Positions 37,295 to 47,355 of a stretch of DNA of 64,000 nt are shown here, in pieces. The translations under genes and the position numbers were made by a program. This stretch comes from a phage: the sequence record PZ452582.1; one strand, 5' to 3'. The number at the start of each line of letters is the position of its first letter. The stretch's first letter is position 1. Below the pieces are notes generated by a model. The model saw nothing but the letters and a program-made list of their open reading frames with translations. It did no database searches and was not told the origin of the DNA.

Positions 37295-38977
37295 ATGAAA
37301 TCATTTAAACTTAATAGAGTAAAATATAAAAATATAATGTCAGTTGGTCAAAATGGAGTTGACATTCAATTAGATAAGGTTCAAAAAACTCTTATTACTG
37401 GACGAAATGGCGGTGGTAAGTCTACTATGTTAGAAGCCATCACATTTGGGCTTTTTGGCAAGCCATTTCGTGATGTAAAGAAAGGCCAATTAATAAACAG
37501 CACAAATAAGAAAGAACTTTTAGTTGAACTGTGGATGGAATATGATGAGAAAAAGTACTATATCAAAAGAGGACAAAAACCAAACGTTTTCGAAATCACC
37601 GTTAACGGTACACGTCTTAATGAATCTGCCAGCAGTAAAGATTTCCAAGCAGAATTTGAACAGCTTATCGGAATGTCATATGCCAGTTTCAAGCAGATTG
37701 TTGTCCTTGGTACAGCAGGGTATACCCCTTTCATGGGTTTGTCGACCCCTGCACGAAGAAAGCTTGTGGAAGACCTGCTTGAGGTAGGAACATTAGCTGA
37801 AATGGATAAGCTTAATAAAGCACTAATACGTGAATTAAATTCACAAAACCAAGTGCTTGATGTTAAAAAAGATAGTATTATCCAACAAATTAAAATATAT
37901 AATGATAATGTTGAACGCCAGAAAAAATTGTCTGGTGACAACCTTACTCGTCTTCAAAATATGTATGATGATTTGGCAAAAGAAGCTAGAACGCTAAAAT
38001 CAGAAATAGAAGAAGTTAATGAAAGATTAGTTAATATTGTTTTAGATGAAGACCCGACTGATGCATTTAATAAAATCGGTCAAGAAGCAGTTTTAATTAA
38101 ATCAAAAATTGACTCGTATAATAAAGTCATTAATATGTATCACGAAGGCGGATTATGCCCAACCTGCTTGTCACAATTAAGTTCAGGTGATAAAGTTGTT
38201 TCTAAAATTAAAGATAAAGTTTCTGAATGTACGCATTCGTTTGAACAGCTTTCAACACATCGTGATAATTTAAAAGTTCTTGTTGATGAATACCGAGATA
38301 ATATTAAAACCCAACAGTCGTTGGCAAATGATATTCGCAATAAAAAGCAATCTCTAATCACGACGGTAGATAAAGCTAAAAAAGTTAAAGCAGCTATAGA
38401 AAAAGCATCTTCTGAGTTTATTGACCATGCTGATGAAATAGCACTGCTTCAAGAAGAACTTGATAAAATTGTTAAGACAAAAACTAATTTAGTAATGGAA
38501 AAATACCACCGAGGAATTTTGACTGATATGCTCAAAGATTCTGGTATTAAAGGTGCTATTATTAAAAAGTACATTCCATTATTTAATAAGCAGATTAACC
38601 ATTATCTTAAAATAATGGAAGCGGATTATGTGTTTACATTAGATGAAGAATTTAATGAGACAATTAAATCCCGTGGTCGTGAAGATTTTAGTTATGCTTC
38701 ATTCAGTCAAGGTGAAAAAGCACGAATTGATATTGCTCTTTTATTTACTTGGCGTGATATTGCTGAAAAAGTTTCAGGTGTTAAAATAAACACACTAATT
38801 CTTGATGAAGTTTTTGATTCAGCGACCGATGTTGAAGGTGTAAAAGCTATTTCAACTATTTTAGATAGTTTAAAAAATACTAATGTTTTTGTTATTTCGC
38901 ATAGAGACCATGACCCACAAGCATATGGTCAGCACCTTCAAATGAAGAAAGTTGGTCGATTTACTGTAATGGTTTAA
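37295..38977 (+). CDS. 46: recombination ATPase gp46 (Rad50/SbcC-like)
   Basis: 560 aa; Walker A GRNGGGKST; zinc-hook CPTC; long coiled coil. Confidence 0.95.
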   Translation: MKSFKLNRVKYKNIMSVGQNGVDIQLDKVQKTLITGRNGGGKSTMLEAITFGLFGKPFRDVKKGQLINSTNKKELLVELWMEYDEKKYYIKRGQKPNVFEITVNGTRLNESASSKDFQAEFEQLIGMSYASFKQIVVLGTAGYTPFMGLSTPARRKLVEDLLEVGTLAEMDKLNKALIRELNSQNQVLDVKKDSIIQQIKIYNDNVERQKKLSGDNLTRLQNMYDDLAKEARTLKSEIEEVNERLVNIVLDEDPTDAFNKIGQEAVLIKSKIDSYNKVINMYHEGGLCPTCLSQLSSGDKVVSKIKDKVSECTHSFEQLSTHRDNLKVLVDEYRDNIKTQQSLANDIRNKKQSLITTVDKAKKVKAAIEKASSEFIDHADEIALLQEELDKIVKTKTNLVMEKYHRGILTDMLKDSGIKGAIIKKYIPLFNKQINHYLKIMEADYVFTLDEEFNETIKSRGREDFSYASFSQGEKARIDIALLFTWRDIAEKVSGVKINTLILDEVFDSATDVEGVKAISTILDSLKNTNVFVISHRDHDPQAYGQHLQMKKVGRFTVMV

Positions 38978-38991
38978 TTTATAAGAGATTA

Positions 38992-39015
38992 TGCTTTAAT
39001 TTATTAGAGTATAAT
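38992..39015 (+). promoter_or_regulatory. candidate MotA-dependent middle promoter (MotA box TGCTTTA, 11 bp, TATAAT)
   Basis: tATGCTTTAa then 11 bp then TATAAT; embedded in 9 bp inverted repeat agagattat/ataatctct. Confidence 0.5.
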
Positions 39016-39032
39016 CTCTGTGGAGGAAAAAC

Positions 39033-39221
39033 ATGGAATATTCAACTGGACAACATCTATTAACTATTCCTGAAATAAAACGATATATTCTGAGAAATAA
39101 TTTTTCTAATGAAGAGCATATAGTTACTGAATCTATGCTTAGGAATGCATTTAAAGCAGAATATACAAAAATAATGTCCAATAGAAATGAAGCTTGGACT
39201 GTTACTGATTATTATGACTAA
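39033..39221 (+). CDS. hypothetical protein (62 aa)
   Basis: SD ggagga. Confidence 0.5.
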   Translation: MEYSTGQHLLTIPEIKRYILRNNFSNEEHIVTESMLRNAFKAEYTKIMSNRNEAWTVTDYYD

Positions 39222-39230
39222 AGGTGTATT

Positions 39231-39620
39231 ATGACTAAAATTACTGTGAATTATACTGTTGATGTAAAAGATATTCAGCCAAAACACGTGCGTTCTGAAT
39301 CAAATCCACAAAACCAAAATAAAATTCGTCGAGCATGGGTTTTGTCTCTTTCTGATAACGCAATGGAAGTTATTCAGAACAAAATTAAATCTGCACCTGC
39401 TCGTCATGCGTATTATGAAGCTATCGATCGTGAAGTAAGTAATAAATGGATTGAACTAATGCGCAAACATACTACAGAATCCCTAAATGCCGGTGCTAAA
39501 TTTATTATGACTTCATGTGGTGAACGCCTTGAAGATGAATATTGCGGTAATGCAGATGAACGTCTAATTGTTGCTGCTCAAATTGTTGCCGAAACAATTG
39601 TGGCCGAGTTTAATAAATGA
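39231..39620 (+). CDS. rpbA: RNA polymerase-binding protein RpbA-like (129 aa)
   Basis: Size and position between 46 and 45 match T4 rpbA; no diagnostic motif. Confidence 0.5.
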   Translation: MTKITVNYTVDVKDIQPKHVRSESNPQNQNKIRRAWVLSLSDNAMEVIQNKIKSAPARHAYYEAIDREVSNKWIELMRKHTTESLNAGAKFIMTSCGERLEDEYCGNADERLIVAAQIVAETIVAEFNK

Positions 39621-40504
39621 ATTTAGTATATCTTATTAGCTTTCCAGAGCGGGAAGCTAAAAATATTTTTCCGTGTTATTATATAGGTTCAAAAATTAAC
39701 GCAATTTTCGATGGAACAAATATAATTGATTCAGCTGGAAAGATTTATACTGGAAGCGTGTCATCGAGTTATAGCGATGAATATTTTGAACTTATTAAAA
39801 CCACTAAATATACCGTCAAAATTTTAGCTGAAACTATATTAGATCCAAGAAAATTGGAGAGATTTTTTCAATTAAAAGTTAAAGCAAAAAGTAATATAAA
39901 ATATTTTAATAAAGCATACGCAGATGAAAATACTTTAATTGGTGCTAAAGGATATGGAACATATAAAAATGTTTTAACTGGAAAAATTGTAAAGCTTTCG
40001 CAATCTGAAATTACGCCTGAGTATGTCGGTATTCGTAAAGGTTACAAACATAGTTCTGAAGTAAAATACAAAATATCTAATTCAATGAAGAATCACTGGA
40101 CCGATGAGAAAAAGCTTAAACTCTCAAATAAGATGAAATTGAAATATCTTGATTGTAGTTATGCTAAAAAGTTTAGTGATATAATGAATTCAGAAAGTGT
40201 AAGATCAAAAATTTCTAAATCTCAAAAAGAATTATGGAATAATGCTGAAAGAAGACAGAGAGCTTCAATTCAAGCAACTGTTAGAAATAATTTACCGGAA
40301 TTCAAATCAAAATTTAGAAAATCTAAAGCTAGAGGAACTTGGATTGAACATGAAGATGAATTAAAATCTTTATGGCATGCTTACGGAAAACCAAGTTATA
40401 ATAAATTTCGTAAAATTGCAGTAGCTAATGGGTTTAACGACGAATCTTATCAGGGTGCTGTACGGTCCTGGTCTAACTATTATGTAAATAGGAAATTGAA
40501 ATGA
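39617..40504 (+). CDS. free-standing GIY-YIG homing endonuclease (Seg-like) with NUMOD-like repeats
   Basis: LVYLISF...(11 aa)...YYIGSK matches GIY-YIG; C-terminal domain resembles that of the HNH ORF at 36425. Confidence 0.65.
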   Translation: MNLVYLISFPEREAKNIFPCYYIGSKINAIFDGTNIIDSAGKIYTGSVSSSYSDEYFELIKTTKYTVKILAETILDPRKLERFFQLKVKAKSNIKYFNKAYADENTLIGAKGYGTYKNVLTGKIVKLSQSEITPEYVGIRKGYKHSSEVKYKISNSMKNHWTDEKKLKLSNKMKLKYLDCSYAKKFSDIMNSESVRSKISKSQKELWNNAERRQRASIQATVRNNLPEFKSKFRKSKARGTWIEHEDELKSLWHAYGKPSYNKFRKIAVANGFNDESYQGAVRSWSNYYVNRKLK

Positions 40505-41187
40505 AATTATCTAAAGACACACTGAATATTTTGAAAAATTTCGCTACTATTAACTCCGGTATTATGCTTAAATCCGGTCAATTTATTATGACTCGTGCAG
40601 TTAATGGTACAACTTATGCGGAAGCAAATATTTCTGACGTTATTGATTTTGATGTAGCAATTTACGATTTGAACGGTTTTCTCGGTATTCTGTCTCTAGT
40701 TAATGATGATGCAGAAATTTCCCAGTCAGAAGATGGAAATATTAAAATTGCTGATGCCCGCTCAACAATTTTTTGGCCAGCAGCCGATCCGAGTACAGTA
40801 GTTGCTCCTAATAAACCAATTCCATTCCCGGTAGCATCTGTTGTTACTGAAATTAAAGCTGAAGACCTTCAACAACTGTTGCGTGTATCTCGTGGTCTGC
40901 AAATTGATACAATTGCTATCACGGTAAAAGAAGGTAAAATCGTAATTAATGGTTTTAATAAAGTAGAAGATTCTGCTCTTACCCGTGTTAAATATTCTTT
41001 GACTCTTGGTGATTATGATGGTGAAAATACATTTAATTTCATTATCAATATGGCAAATATGAAAATGCAACCAGGAAATTATAAACTTCTGCTTTGGGCA
41101 AAAGGTAAACAAGGTGCTGCTAAATTTGAAGGTGAACACGCGAATTATGTAGTAGCTCTTGAAGCTGATTCTACCCACGATTTTTAA
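40501..41187 (+). CDS. 45: sliding clamp gp45
   Basis: 228 aa, matches recalled T4 gp45 ([21 protein letters not shown]...). Confidence 0.95.
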   Translation: MKLSKDTLNILKNFATINSGIMLKSGQFIMTRAVNGTTYAEANISDVIDFDVAIYDLNGFLGILSLVNDDAEISQSEDGNIKIADARSTIFWPAADPSTVVAPNKPIPFPVASVVTEIKAEDLQQLLRVSRGLQIDTIAITVKEGKIVINGFNKVEDSALTRVKYSLTLGDYDGENTFNFIINMANMKMQPGNYKLLLWAKGKQGAAKFEGEHANYVVALEADSTHDF

Positions 41188-41190
41188 TAG

Positions 41191-41206
41191 AGGGCTTCGG
41201 CCCTTT
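41191..41206 (+). terminator. UUCG tetraloop hairpin, weak terminator
   Basis: agggc-ttcg-gccct followed by TTT. Confidence 0.5.
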
Positions 41207-41238
41207 ATAATTTACACTAAAACTTGAATGAGGAAATT

Positions 41239-42198
41239 ATGATTACCGTAAATGAAAAAGAACACATTCTTGAACAGAAATATCGTCCATCTACTATCGA
41301 TGAATGTATTCTTCCCGCCTTTGATAAAGAAACCTTTAAATCTATTACAAGTAAAGGTAAGATTCCACATATTATTCTTCATTCTCCTTCTCCAGGAACA
41401 GGTAAAACAACTGTAGCAAAAGCATTGTGTCATGATGTAAATGCTGATATGATGTTTGTGAATGGATCAGATTGTAAAATTGATTTCGTTCGTGGTCCTT
41501 TGACTAATTTTGCCAGTGCAGCTTCATTTGATGGTCGTCAAAAAGTAATCGTTATTGATGAATTTGACCGCTCAGGGTTAGCAGAGTCTCAGCGACATCT
41601 TCGTTCCTTTATGGAAGCTTATAGTTCAAACTGTAGTATTATTATTACTGCTAACAATATTGATGGTATTATTAAACCGCTTCAGTCACGCTGCCGAGTT
41701 ATTACGTTCGGTCAACCGACCGATGAAGATAAAATTGAAATGATGAAGCAGATGATTCGTCGATTGACTGAAATCTGCAAGCATGAAGGAATTGCTATAG
41801 CTGATATGAAAGTTGTAGCAGCTTTGGTTAAAAAGAATTTTCCTGATTTTCGTAAAACTATTGGCGAGCTCGATAGTTATTCATCTAAAGGTGTTTTGGA
41901 TGCTGGTATTTTATCACTGGTTACTAACGATCGTGGTGCTATTGATGATGTTCTTGAGTCTCTCAAAAATAAAGATGTTAAACAACTCAGAGCTTTAGCA
42001 CCAAAATATGCAGCCGATTATTCGTGGTTCGTGGGTAAACTTGCCGAAGAAATCTATTCACGTGTAACTCCACAGAGTATTATTCGTATGTACGAAATTG
42101 TCGGCGAAAATAATCAGTATCATGGTATTGCAGCTAATACTGAATTGCATCTAGCTTATCTTTTCATTCAATTAGCATGCGAAATGCAGTGGAAGTGA
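41239..42198 (+). CDS. 44: clamp loader large subunit gp44
   Basis: 319 aa from ATG 41239 (SD gagga); Walker [10 protein letters not shown]. Confidence 0.95.
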
Positions 42199-42199
42199 T

Positions 42200-42763
42200 A
42201 TGAGCTTATTTGAAGATGATATTCAATTAAACGAGCATCAAGTTGCTTGGTATTCTAAAGATTGGACAGCTGTCCAATCTGCTGCTGATACTTTTAAAGA
42301 AAAAGCTGAAAATGAATTTTTTGAAATAATTGGAGCTATTAATAATAAAACTAAATGCTCTATTGCTCAAAAAGATTATTCAAAATTCATGGTTGAAAAT
42401 GCATTATCACAATTTCCAGAGTGCATGCCAGCTGTATATGCTATGAATTTAATTGGATCAGGCTTAAGTGATGAAGCTCATTTTAATTATCTAATGGCTG
42501 CAGTTCCTCGTGGTAAAAGATATGGTAAATGGGCAAAACTAGTTGAAGATTCCACCGAAGTATTGATTATTAAGTTACTTGCTAAGCGGTATCAAGTTAA
42601 TACAAATGATGCAATTAACTATAAATCAATTCTTACTAAAAATGGAAAACTACCTTTAGTATTAAAAGAACTTAAAGGATTAGTCACGGATGATTTTTTA
42701 AAAGAAGTGACTAAGAACGTAAAAGAACAGAAACAACTCAAAAAACTAGCATTGGAATGGTAA
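42200..42763 (+). CDS. 62: clamp loader small subunit gp62
   Basis: 187 aa directly after gene 44. Confidence 0.9.
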   Translation: MSLFEDDIQLNEHQVAWYSKDWTAVQSAADTFKEKAENEFFEIIGAINNKTKCSIAQKDYSKFMVENALSQFPECMPAVYAMNLIGSGLSDEAHFNYLMAAVPRGKRYGKWAKLVEDSTEVLIIKLLAKRYQVNTNDAINYKSILTKNGKLPLVLKELKGLVTDDFLKEVTKNVKEQKQLKKLALEW

Positions 42764-42764
42764 A

Positions 42765-43133
42765 ATGATTGAAATTACTCTTAAAAAACCTGAAGATTTT
42801 CTGAAAGTAAAAGAAACTTTGACTCGTATGGGAATTGCTAATAATAAAGATAAAGTTCTGTATCAGTCCTGTCATATTCTTCAGAAAAAAGGACTATACT
42901 ATATCGTTCATTTTAAAGAAATGCTTCGTATGGATGGTCGCCAAGTTGAAATGACAGAAGAAGATGAAGTTCGTCGTGATTCGATTGCATGGCTGTTAGA
43001 AGATTGGGGACTGATTGAAATCGTTCCTGGTCAAAGAACTTTTATGAAAGATTTAACTAATAACTTCCGAGTTATTTCTTTTAAACAAAAACATGAATGG
43101 AAACTCGTTCCTAAATATACGATTGGTAATTAA
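42765..43133 (+). CDS. regA: translational repressor RegA
   Basis: 122 aa between 62 and 43; matches T4 RegA size and context. Confidence 0.9.
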   Translation: MIEITLKKPEDFLKVKETLTRMGIANNKDKVLYQSCHILQKKGLYYIVHFKEMLRMDGRQVEMTEEDEVRRDSIAWLLEDWGLIEIVPGQRTFMKDLTNNFRVISFKQKHEWKLVPKYTIGN

Positions 43134-43134
43134 T

Positions 43135-43356
43135 ATGACTGCTATAACTCCACAAGAATACATGGCGTCTCTTAAAGAAAAATATAATCTTTCTGCGACA
43201 GAAACACTTTTTGATTTACCAGAAAACCTCCAACTAAAATTTCAAGTAGAATTTCAAAAACTAGTTCACCCAGAACAAAAACATTTTACTGCAGTCATTA
43301 AGTCAATTAATGCAGATGGATTGACAATTTTCACCCGGCAAATAGTACTAATTTAA
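43135..43356 (+). CDS. hypothetical protein (73 aa)
   Basis: ATG immediately after regA stop; track ORF 43093 started earlier. Confidence 0.5.
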   Translation: MTAITPQEYMASLKEKYNLSATETLFDLPENLQLKFQVEFQKLVHPEQKHFTAVIKSINADGLTIFTRQIVLI

Positions 43357-43358
43357 GC

Positions 43359-43374
43359 AGGGGCTTCGGCCCCT
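43359..43374 (+). terminator. UUCG tetraloop hairpin (aggggc-ttcg-gcccct), no strong U-tract
   Basis: Perfect 6 bp stem; followed by tatttgg. Confidence 0.5.
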
Positions 43375-43433
43375 TATTTGGAGTATAATATATCAAGAGC
43401 CTAATAACTCGGGCTATAAACTAAGGAATATCT

Positions 43434-46130
43434 ATGAAAGAATTTTATATCTCTATTGAAACAGTCGGAAATAACATTGTTGAACGTTATATTGATGAAA
43501 ACGGAAAGGAACGTACTCGTGAAGTAGAATATCTTCCGACTATGTTTAGGCATTGTAAGGAAGAGTCAAAATACAAAGACATCTATGGTAAAAACTGCGC
43601 TCCTCAAAAATTTCCATCAATGAAAGATGCTCGAGATTGGATGAAGCGAATGGAAGACATCGGTCTCGAAGCTCTCGGTATGAACGATTTTAAACTCGCT
43701 TATATCAGTGATACATATGGTTCAGAAATTGTTTATGACCGAAAATTTGTTCGTGTAGCTAACTGTGACATTGAGGTTACTGGTGATAAATTTCCTGACC
43801 CAATGAAAGCTGAATATGAAATTGATGCTATCACTCATTACGATTCAATTGATGATCGTTTTTATGTTTTCGACCTTTTGAATTCAATGTATGGTTCAGT
43901 ATCAAAATGGGATGCAAAGTTAGCTGCTAAGCTTGACTGTGAAGGTGGTGATGAAGTTCCTCAAGAAATTCTTGACCGAGTAATTTATATGCCATTCGAT
44001 AACGAGCGTGATATGCTCATGGAATATATCAATCTCTGGGAACAGAAACGACCTGCTATTTTTACTGGTTGGAATATTGAGGGATTTGACGTTCCGTATA
44101 TCATGAATCGCGTTAAAATGGTTCTCGGTGAACGTAGTATGAAACGCTTCTCTCCAATCGGTCGAGTAAAATCTAAACTAATTCAAAATATGTACGGTAG
44201 CAAAGAAATTTATTCTATTGATGGCGTATCTATTCTTGATTATTTAGATTTGTACAAGAAATTCGCTTTTACTAATTTGCCGTCATTCTCTTTGGAATCA
44301 GTTGCTCAACATGAAACCAAAAAAGGTAAATTACCATATGATGGCCCTATTAATAAACTTCGTGAGACTAATCATCAACGATACATTAGTTATAACATCA
44401 TTGACGTAGAATCAGTTCAAGCAATTGATAAAATTCGCGGGTTTATCGATCTAGTTTTAAGTATGTCTTATTATGCTAAAATGCCTTTTTCTGGTGTAAT
44501 GAGTCCTATTAAAACTTGGGATGCTATTATTTTTAACTCATTGAAAGGTGAACATAAGGTTATTCCTCAACAAGGTTCGCATGTTAAACAGAGTTTTCCG
44601 GGTGCATTTGTGTTTGAACCTAAACCAATTGCTCGTCGATATATTATGAGTTTTGACTTGACGTCTCTGTATCCGAGCATTATTCGTCAGGTTAACATTA
44701 GTCCTGAGACTATTCGTGGTCAGTTTAAAGTTCATCCAATTCATGAATATATCGCAGGAACAGCTCCTAAACCAAGTGATGAATATTCTTGTTCTCCGAA
44801 TGGATGGATGTATGATAAGCATCAAGAAGGTATCATTCCAAAGGAAATCGCTAAAGTATTTTTCCAGCGTAAAGATTGGAAAAAGAAAATGTTCGCTGAA
44901 GAAATGAATGCCGAAGCTATTAAAAAGATTATTATGAAAGGCGCAGGGTCTTGTTCAACTAAACCTGAAGTTGAACGATATGTTAAGTTCAGTGATGATT
45001 TCTTAAATGAATTATCGAATTACACTGAATCTGTTCTTAATAGTCTGATCGAAGAATGTGAAAAAGCAGCTACACTTGCTAACACAAATCAGCTGAACCG
45101 TAAAATTCTTATTAACAGTCTTTATGGTGCTCTTGGTAATATTCATTTCCGTTACTATGATTTGCGAAATGCTACTGCTATCACAATTTTCGGCCAAGTT
45201 GGTATTCAGTGGATTGCTCGTAAAATTAATGAATATCTGAATAAAGTATGCGGAACTAATGGCGAAGATTTCATTGCAGCAGGTGATACTGATTCGGTAT
45301 ATGTTTGTGTAGATAAAGTTATTGAAAAAGTTGGTCTTGACCGATTCAAAGAGCAGAACGATTTAGTTGAATTCATGAATCAGTTCGGTAAGAAAAAAAT
45401 GGAACCGATGATTGATGTTGCATATCGTGAGTTATGTGATTATATGAATAACCGCGAGCATCTGATGCATATGGACCGTGAAGCTATTTCTTGCCCTCCG
45501 CTTGGTTCAAAGGGTGTCGGTGGATTTTGGAAAGCGAAAAAGCGTTATGCTCTGAACGTTTATGATATGGAAGATAAGCGATTTGCTGAACCGCATCTAA
45601 AAATCATGGGTATGGAAACTCAGCAAAGTTCAACGCCTAAAGCGGTTCAAGAAGCTCTCGAAGAAAGTATTCGTCGTATTCTTCAGGAAGGTGAAGAGTC
45701 TGTCCAAGAATATTACAAAAACTTCGAGAAAGAATATCGTCAACTTGACTATAAAGTTATTGCTGAAGTAAAAACTGCGAACGATATAGCGAAATATGAT
45801 GATAAAGGTTGGCCAGGATTTAAATGCCCGTTCCATATTCGTGGGGTGCTAACTTATCGTCGAGCTGTTAGCGGTTTAGGTGTAGCTCCAATTTTGGATG
45901 GAAATAAAGTAATGGTTCTTCCATTGCGTGAAGGAAATCCATTTGGTGACAAGTGCATTGCTTGGCCGTCGGGTACAGAACTTCCAAAAGAAATTCGTTC
46001 TGACGTACTGTCTTGGATTGACTACTCAACTTTGTTCCAAAAATCGTTTGTTAAACCGCTTGCAGGCATGTGTGAATCGGCTGGTATGGACTATGAAGAA
46101 AAAGCTTCGTTAGACTTCCTGTTTGGCTGA
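43434..46130 (+). CDS. 43: DNA polymerase gp43 (family B)
   Basis: 898 aa; exonuclease and polymerase motifs incl. YGDTDS. Confidence 0.97.
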   Translation: MKEFYISIETVGNNIVERYIDENGKERTREVEYLPTMFRHCKEESKYKDIYGKNCAPQKFPSMKDARDWMKRMEDIGLEALGMNDFKLAYISDTYGSEIVYDRKFVRVANCDIEVTGDKFPDPMKAEYEIDAITHYDSIDDRFYVFDLLNSMYGSVSKWDAKLAAKLDCEGGDEVPQEILDRVIYMPFDNERDMLMEYINLWEQKRPAIFTGWNIEGFDVPYIMNRVKMVLGERSMKRFSPIGRVKSKLIQNMYGSKEIYSIDGVSILDYLDLYKKFAFTNLPSFSLESVAQHETKKGKLPYDGPINKLRETNHQRYISYNIIDVESVQAIDKIRGFIDLVLSMSYYAKMPFSGVMSPIKTWDAIIFNSLKGEHKVIPQQGSHVKQSFPGAFVFEPKPIARRYIMSFDLTSLYPSIIRQVNISPETIRGQFKVHPIHEYIAGTAPKPSDEYSCSPNGWMYDKHQEGIIPKEIAKVFFQRKDWKKKMFAEEMNAEAIKKIIMKGAGSCSTKPEVERYVKFSDDFLNELSNYTESVLNSLIEECEKAATLANTNQLNRKILINSLYGALGNIHFRYYDLRNATAITIFGQVGIQWIARKINEYLNKVCGTNGEDFIAAGDTDSVYVCVDKVIEKVGLDRFKEQNDLVEFMNQFGKKKMEPMIDVAYRELCDYMNNREHLMHMDREAISCPPLGSKGVGGFWKAKKRYALNVYDMEDKRFAEPHLKIMGMETQQSSTPKAVQEALEESIRRILQEGEESVQEYYKNFEKEYRQLDYKVIAEVKTANDIAKYDDKGWPGFKCPFHIRGVLTYRRAVSGLGVAPILDGNKVMVLPLREGNPFGDKCIAWPSGTELPKEIRSDVLSWIDYSTLFQKSFVKPLAGMCESAGMDYEEKASLDFLFG

Positions 46131-46143
46131 TAGAATAAATCTA

Positions 46144-46164
46144 GGGACCTCCGGGTCCCTTTTT
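46144..46164 (+). terminator. rho-independent terminator
   Basis: gggacc-tccg-ggtccc plus TTTTT. Confidence 0.8.
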
Positions 46165-46216
46165 CATACAAGTAATATAAATCTATACTTATGAAAAACA
46201 GATGATTCTGGACCTT

Positions 46217-46316
46217 TAGAATTCCCTAAAAAATTTTCACAAAACTGTTTACAAGACTGTTCTTCCATGGTACTATACAACTATCAACTACTGATACAGA
46301 TTTGGAGAATAAAATG
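46217..46316 (+). repeat. promoter-leader cassette copy B (PeSL-like), near-identical to 3134-3250
   Basis: Same -35/-10, leader and ttggagaat.aaaatg start context as copy A. Confidence 0.7.
46248..46276 (+). promoter_or_regulatory. early promoter (TTTACA-17-TACTAT)
   Basis: GTTTAC motif. Confidence 0.65.
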
Positions 46317-46550
46317 AAAATTGTTATGGGATGCTTAGCAGTTTGTTTAGTTGCATTAGCAGCAGTTCCATTTGTTAGTGTTGAAAATGATACTCAACCT
46401 GCGATTGAATCTAGCACCGTTATTCACACTAATGGTAAAATATCAGTTAAAATTGATGATAATCTTCATGTGAATACAAATGGATCTTTAGGTGTGCAAA
46501 TGGGTAATACCTGCATAAGCACTACTGGAGTAATTACTACTTGCATTTGA
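46314..46550 (+). CDS. secreted small protein (78 aa) with N-terminal signal peptide
   Basis: MKIVMGCLAVCLVALAAVPF hydrophobic N-terminus; SD ggag; track ORF began at TTG 46302. Confidence 0.55.
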   Translation: MKIVMGCLAVCLVALAAVPFVSVENDTQPAIESSTVIHTNGKISVKIDDNLHVNTNGSLGVQMGNTCISTTGVITTCI

Positions 46551-46560
46551 GGAAATTATT

Positions 46561-46941
46561 ATGAAAATCGCTATTTTGGTTATTGCATTAGGTCTTACTG
46601 GTTGTGTAGCTCAAGGACCGGTAGTAAATCAGTCTGATGTAGGAAAAATTGTAAACTGTTCAAGCAAATTTTATAATCCTAATGTCAAGTGTTATAAAGA
46701 AGCTCCAAAGCAAACAGTAGAACAAATGCAGGCGAATTTTGACGAAGCTATTCGTCCAGATGAATCTGCTCAAGCATATCGTAATTCGGATGTAATTACA
46801 CGCGAAGAAAAAATTGAAAATTACTGCGCCGAGCTTTGGGCTAATTGGGCTAATAATTACCAATGGCGTACTGGTAAAAATGCTCCGATGGAGTATGTAG
46901 TGAATTCTTATAATTCATGTGTAAAAAATTTGACTAAGTGA
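46561..46941 (+). CDS. predicted lipoprotein (126 aa)
   Basis: Signal peptide with lipobox LTGC (MKIAILVIALGLTGC); SD gagga. Confidence 0.6.
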   Translation: MKIAILVIALGLTGCVAQGPVVNQSDVGKIVNCSSKFYNPNVKCYKEAPKQTVEQMQANFDEAIRPDESAQAYRNSDVITREEKIENYCAELWANWANNYQWRTGKNAPMEYVVNSYNSCVKNLTK

Positions 46942-46948
46942 GGAAAAT

Positions 46949-47263
46949 ATGGAAACTTTAGTAGCAGGTTCAATTTTTATGGTTTTAGTTTCAGGTGTGT
47001 TGGCTATTATTATATACATGCTTCCATGGTTTATTGCTTTGATGCGTGGGTCAAAATCGACAGTAGGAATCTTTTTCACATCTTTACTGTTTAACTGGTC
47101 AATTATTGGTTGGTTTATTACATTTATTTGGTCAATTGCGGGTGAAACTAAAAAGTCTGCACAACCAAATCAGGTAATTATCATCAGAGAGAGAAGGAAT
47201 GAAAAGCAAAATTATAGCAGTGTTGCTTTTAATCTTGATGATTATAATAAGTATATACTATAG
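46949..47263 (+). CDS. imm: membrane protein at the imm position (immunity to superinfection-like)
   Basis: Two to three TM helices; directly upstream of gene 42 as T4 imm; SD gtgagga. Confidence 0.5.
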   Translation: METLVAGSIFMVLVSGVLAIIIYMLPWFIALMRGSKSTVGIFFTSLLFNWSIIGWFITFIWSIAGETKKSAQPNQVIIIRERRNEKQNYSSVAFNLDDYNKYIL

Positions 47264-47355
47264 TGTAACGGTTCCTCTTATGATTCCGACTATTATTTTA
47301 GGTTGGAGCTTATTACTGTTACAAGTTAAATATGAATGTATCAATTGAGGTTTAA

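Noticed and set aside
37524-37941. Alternative-frame ORFs (+ and -) inside gene 46
   Set aside because: Embedded in a strongly supported essential gene; no independent start signals.
44538-45836. Several minus-strand and alternative-frame track ORFs inside DNA polymerase gene 43
   Set aside because: All lie within the gp43 CDS, which is continuous and carries conserved motifs.
47280-47348. 22-codon hydrophobic ORF between imm and gene 42
   Set aside because: Very short, no convincing SD; could be real but cannot be supported from sequence alone.
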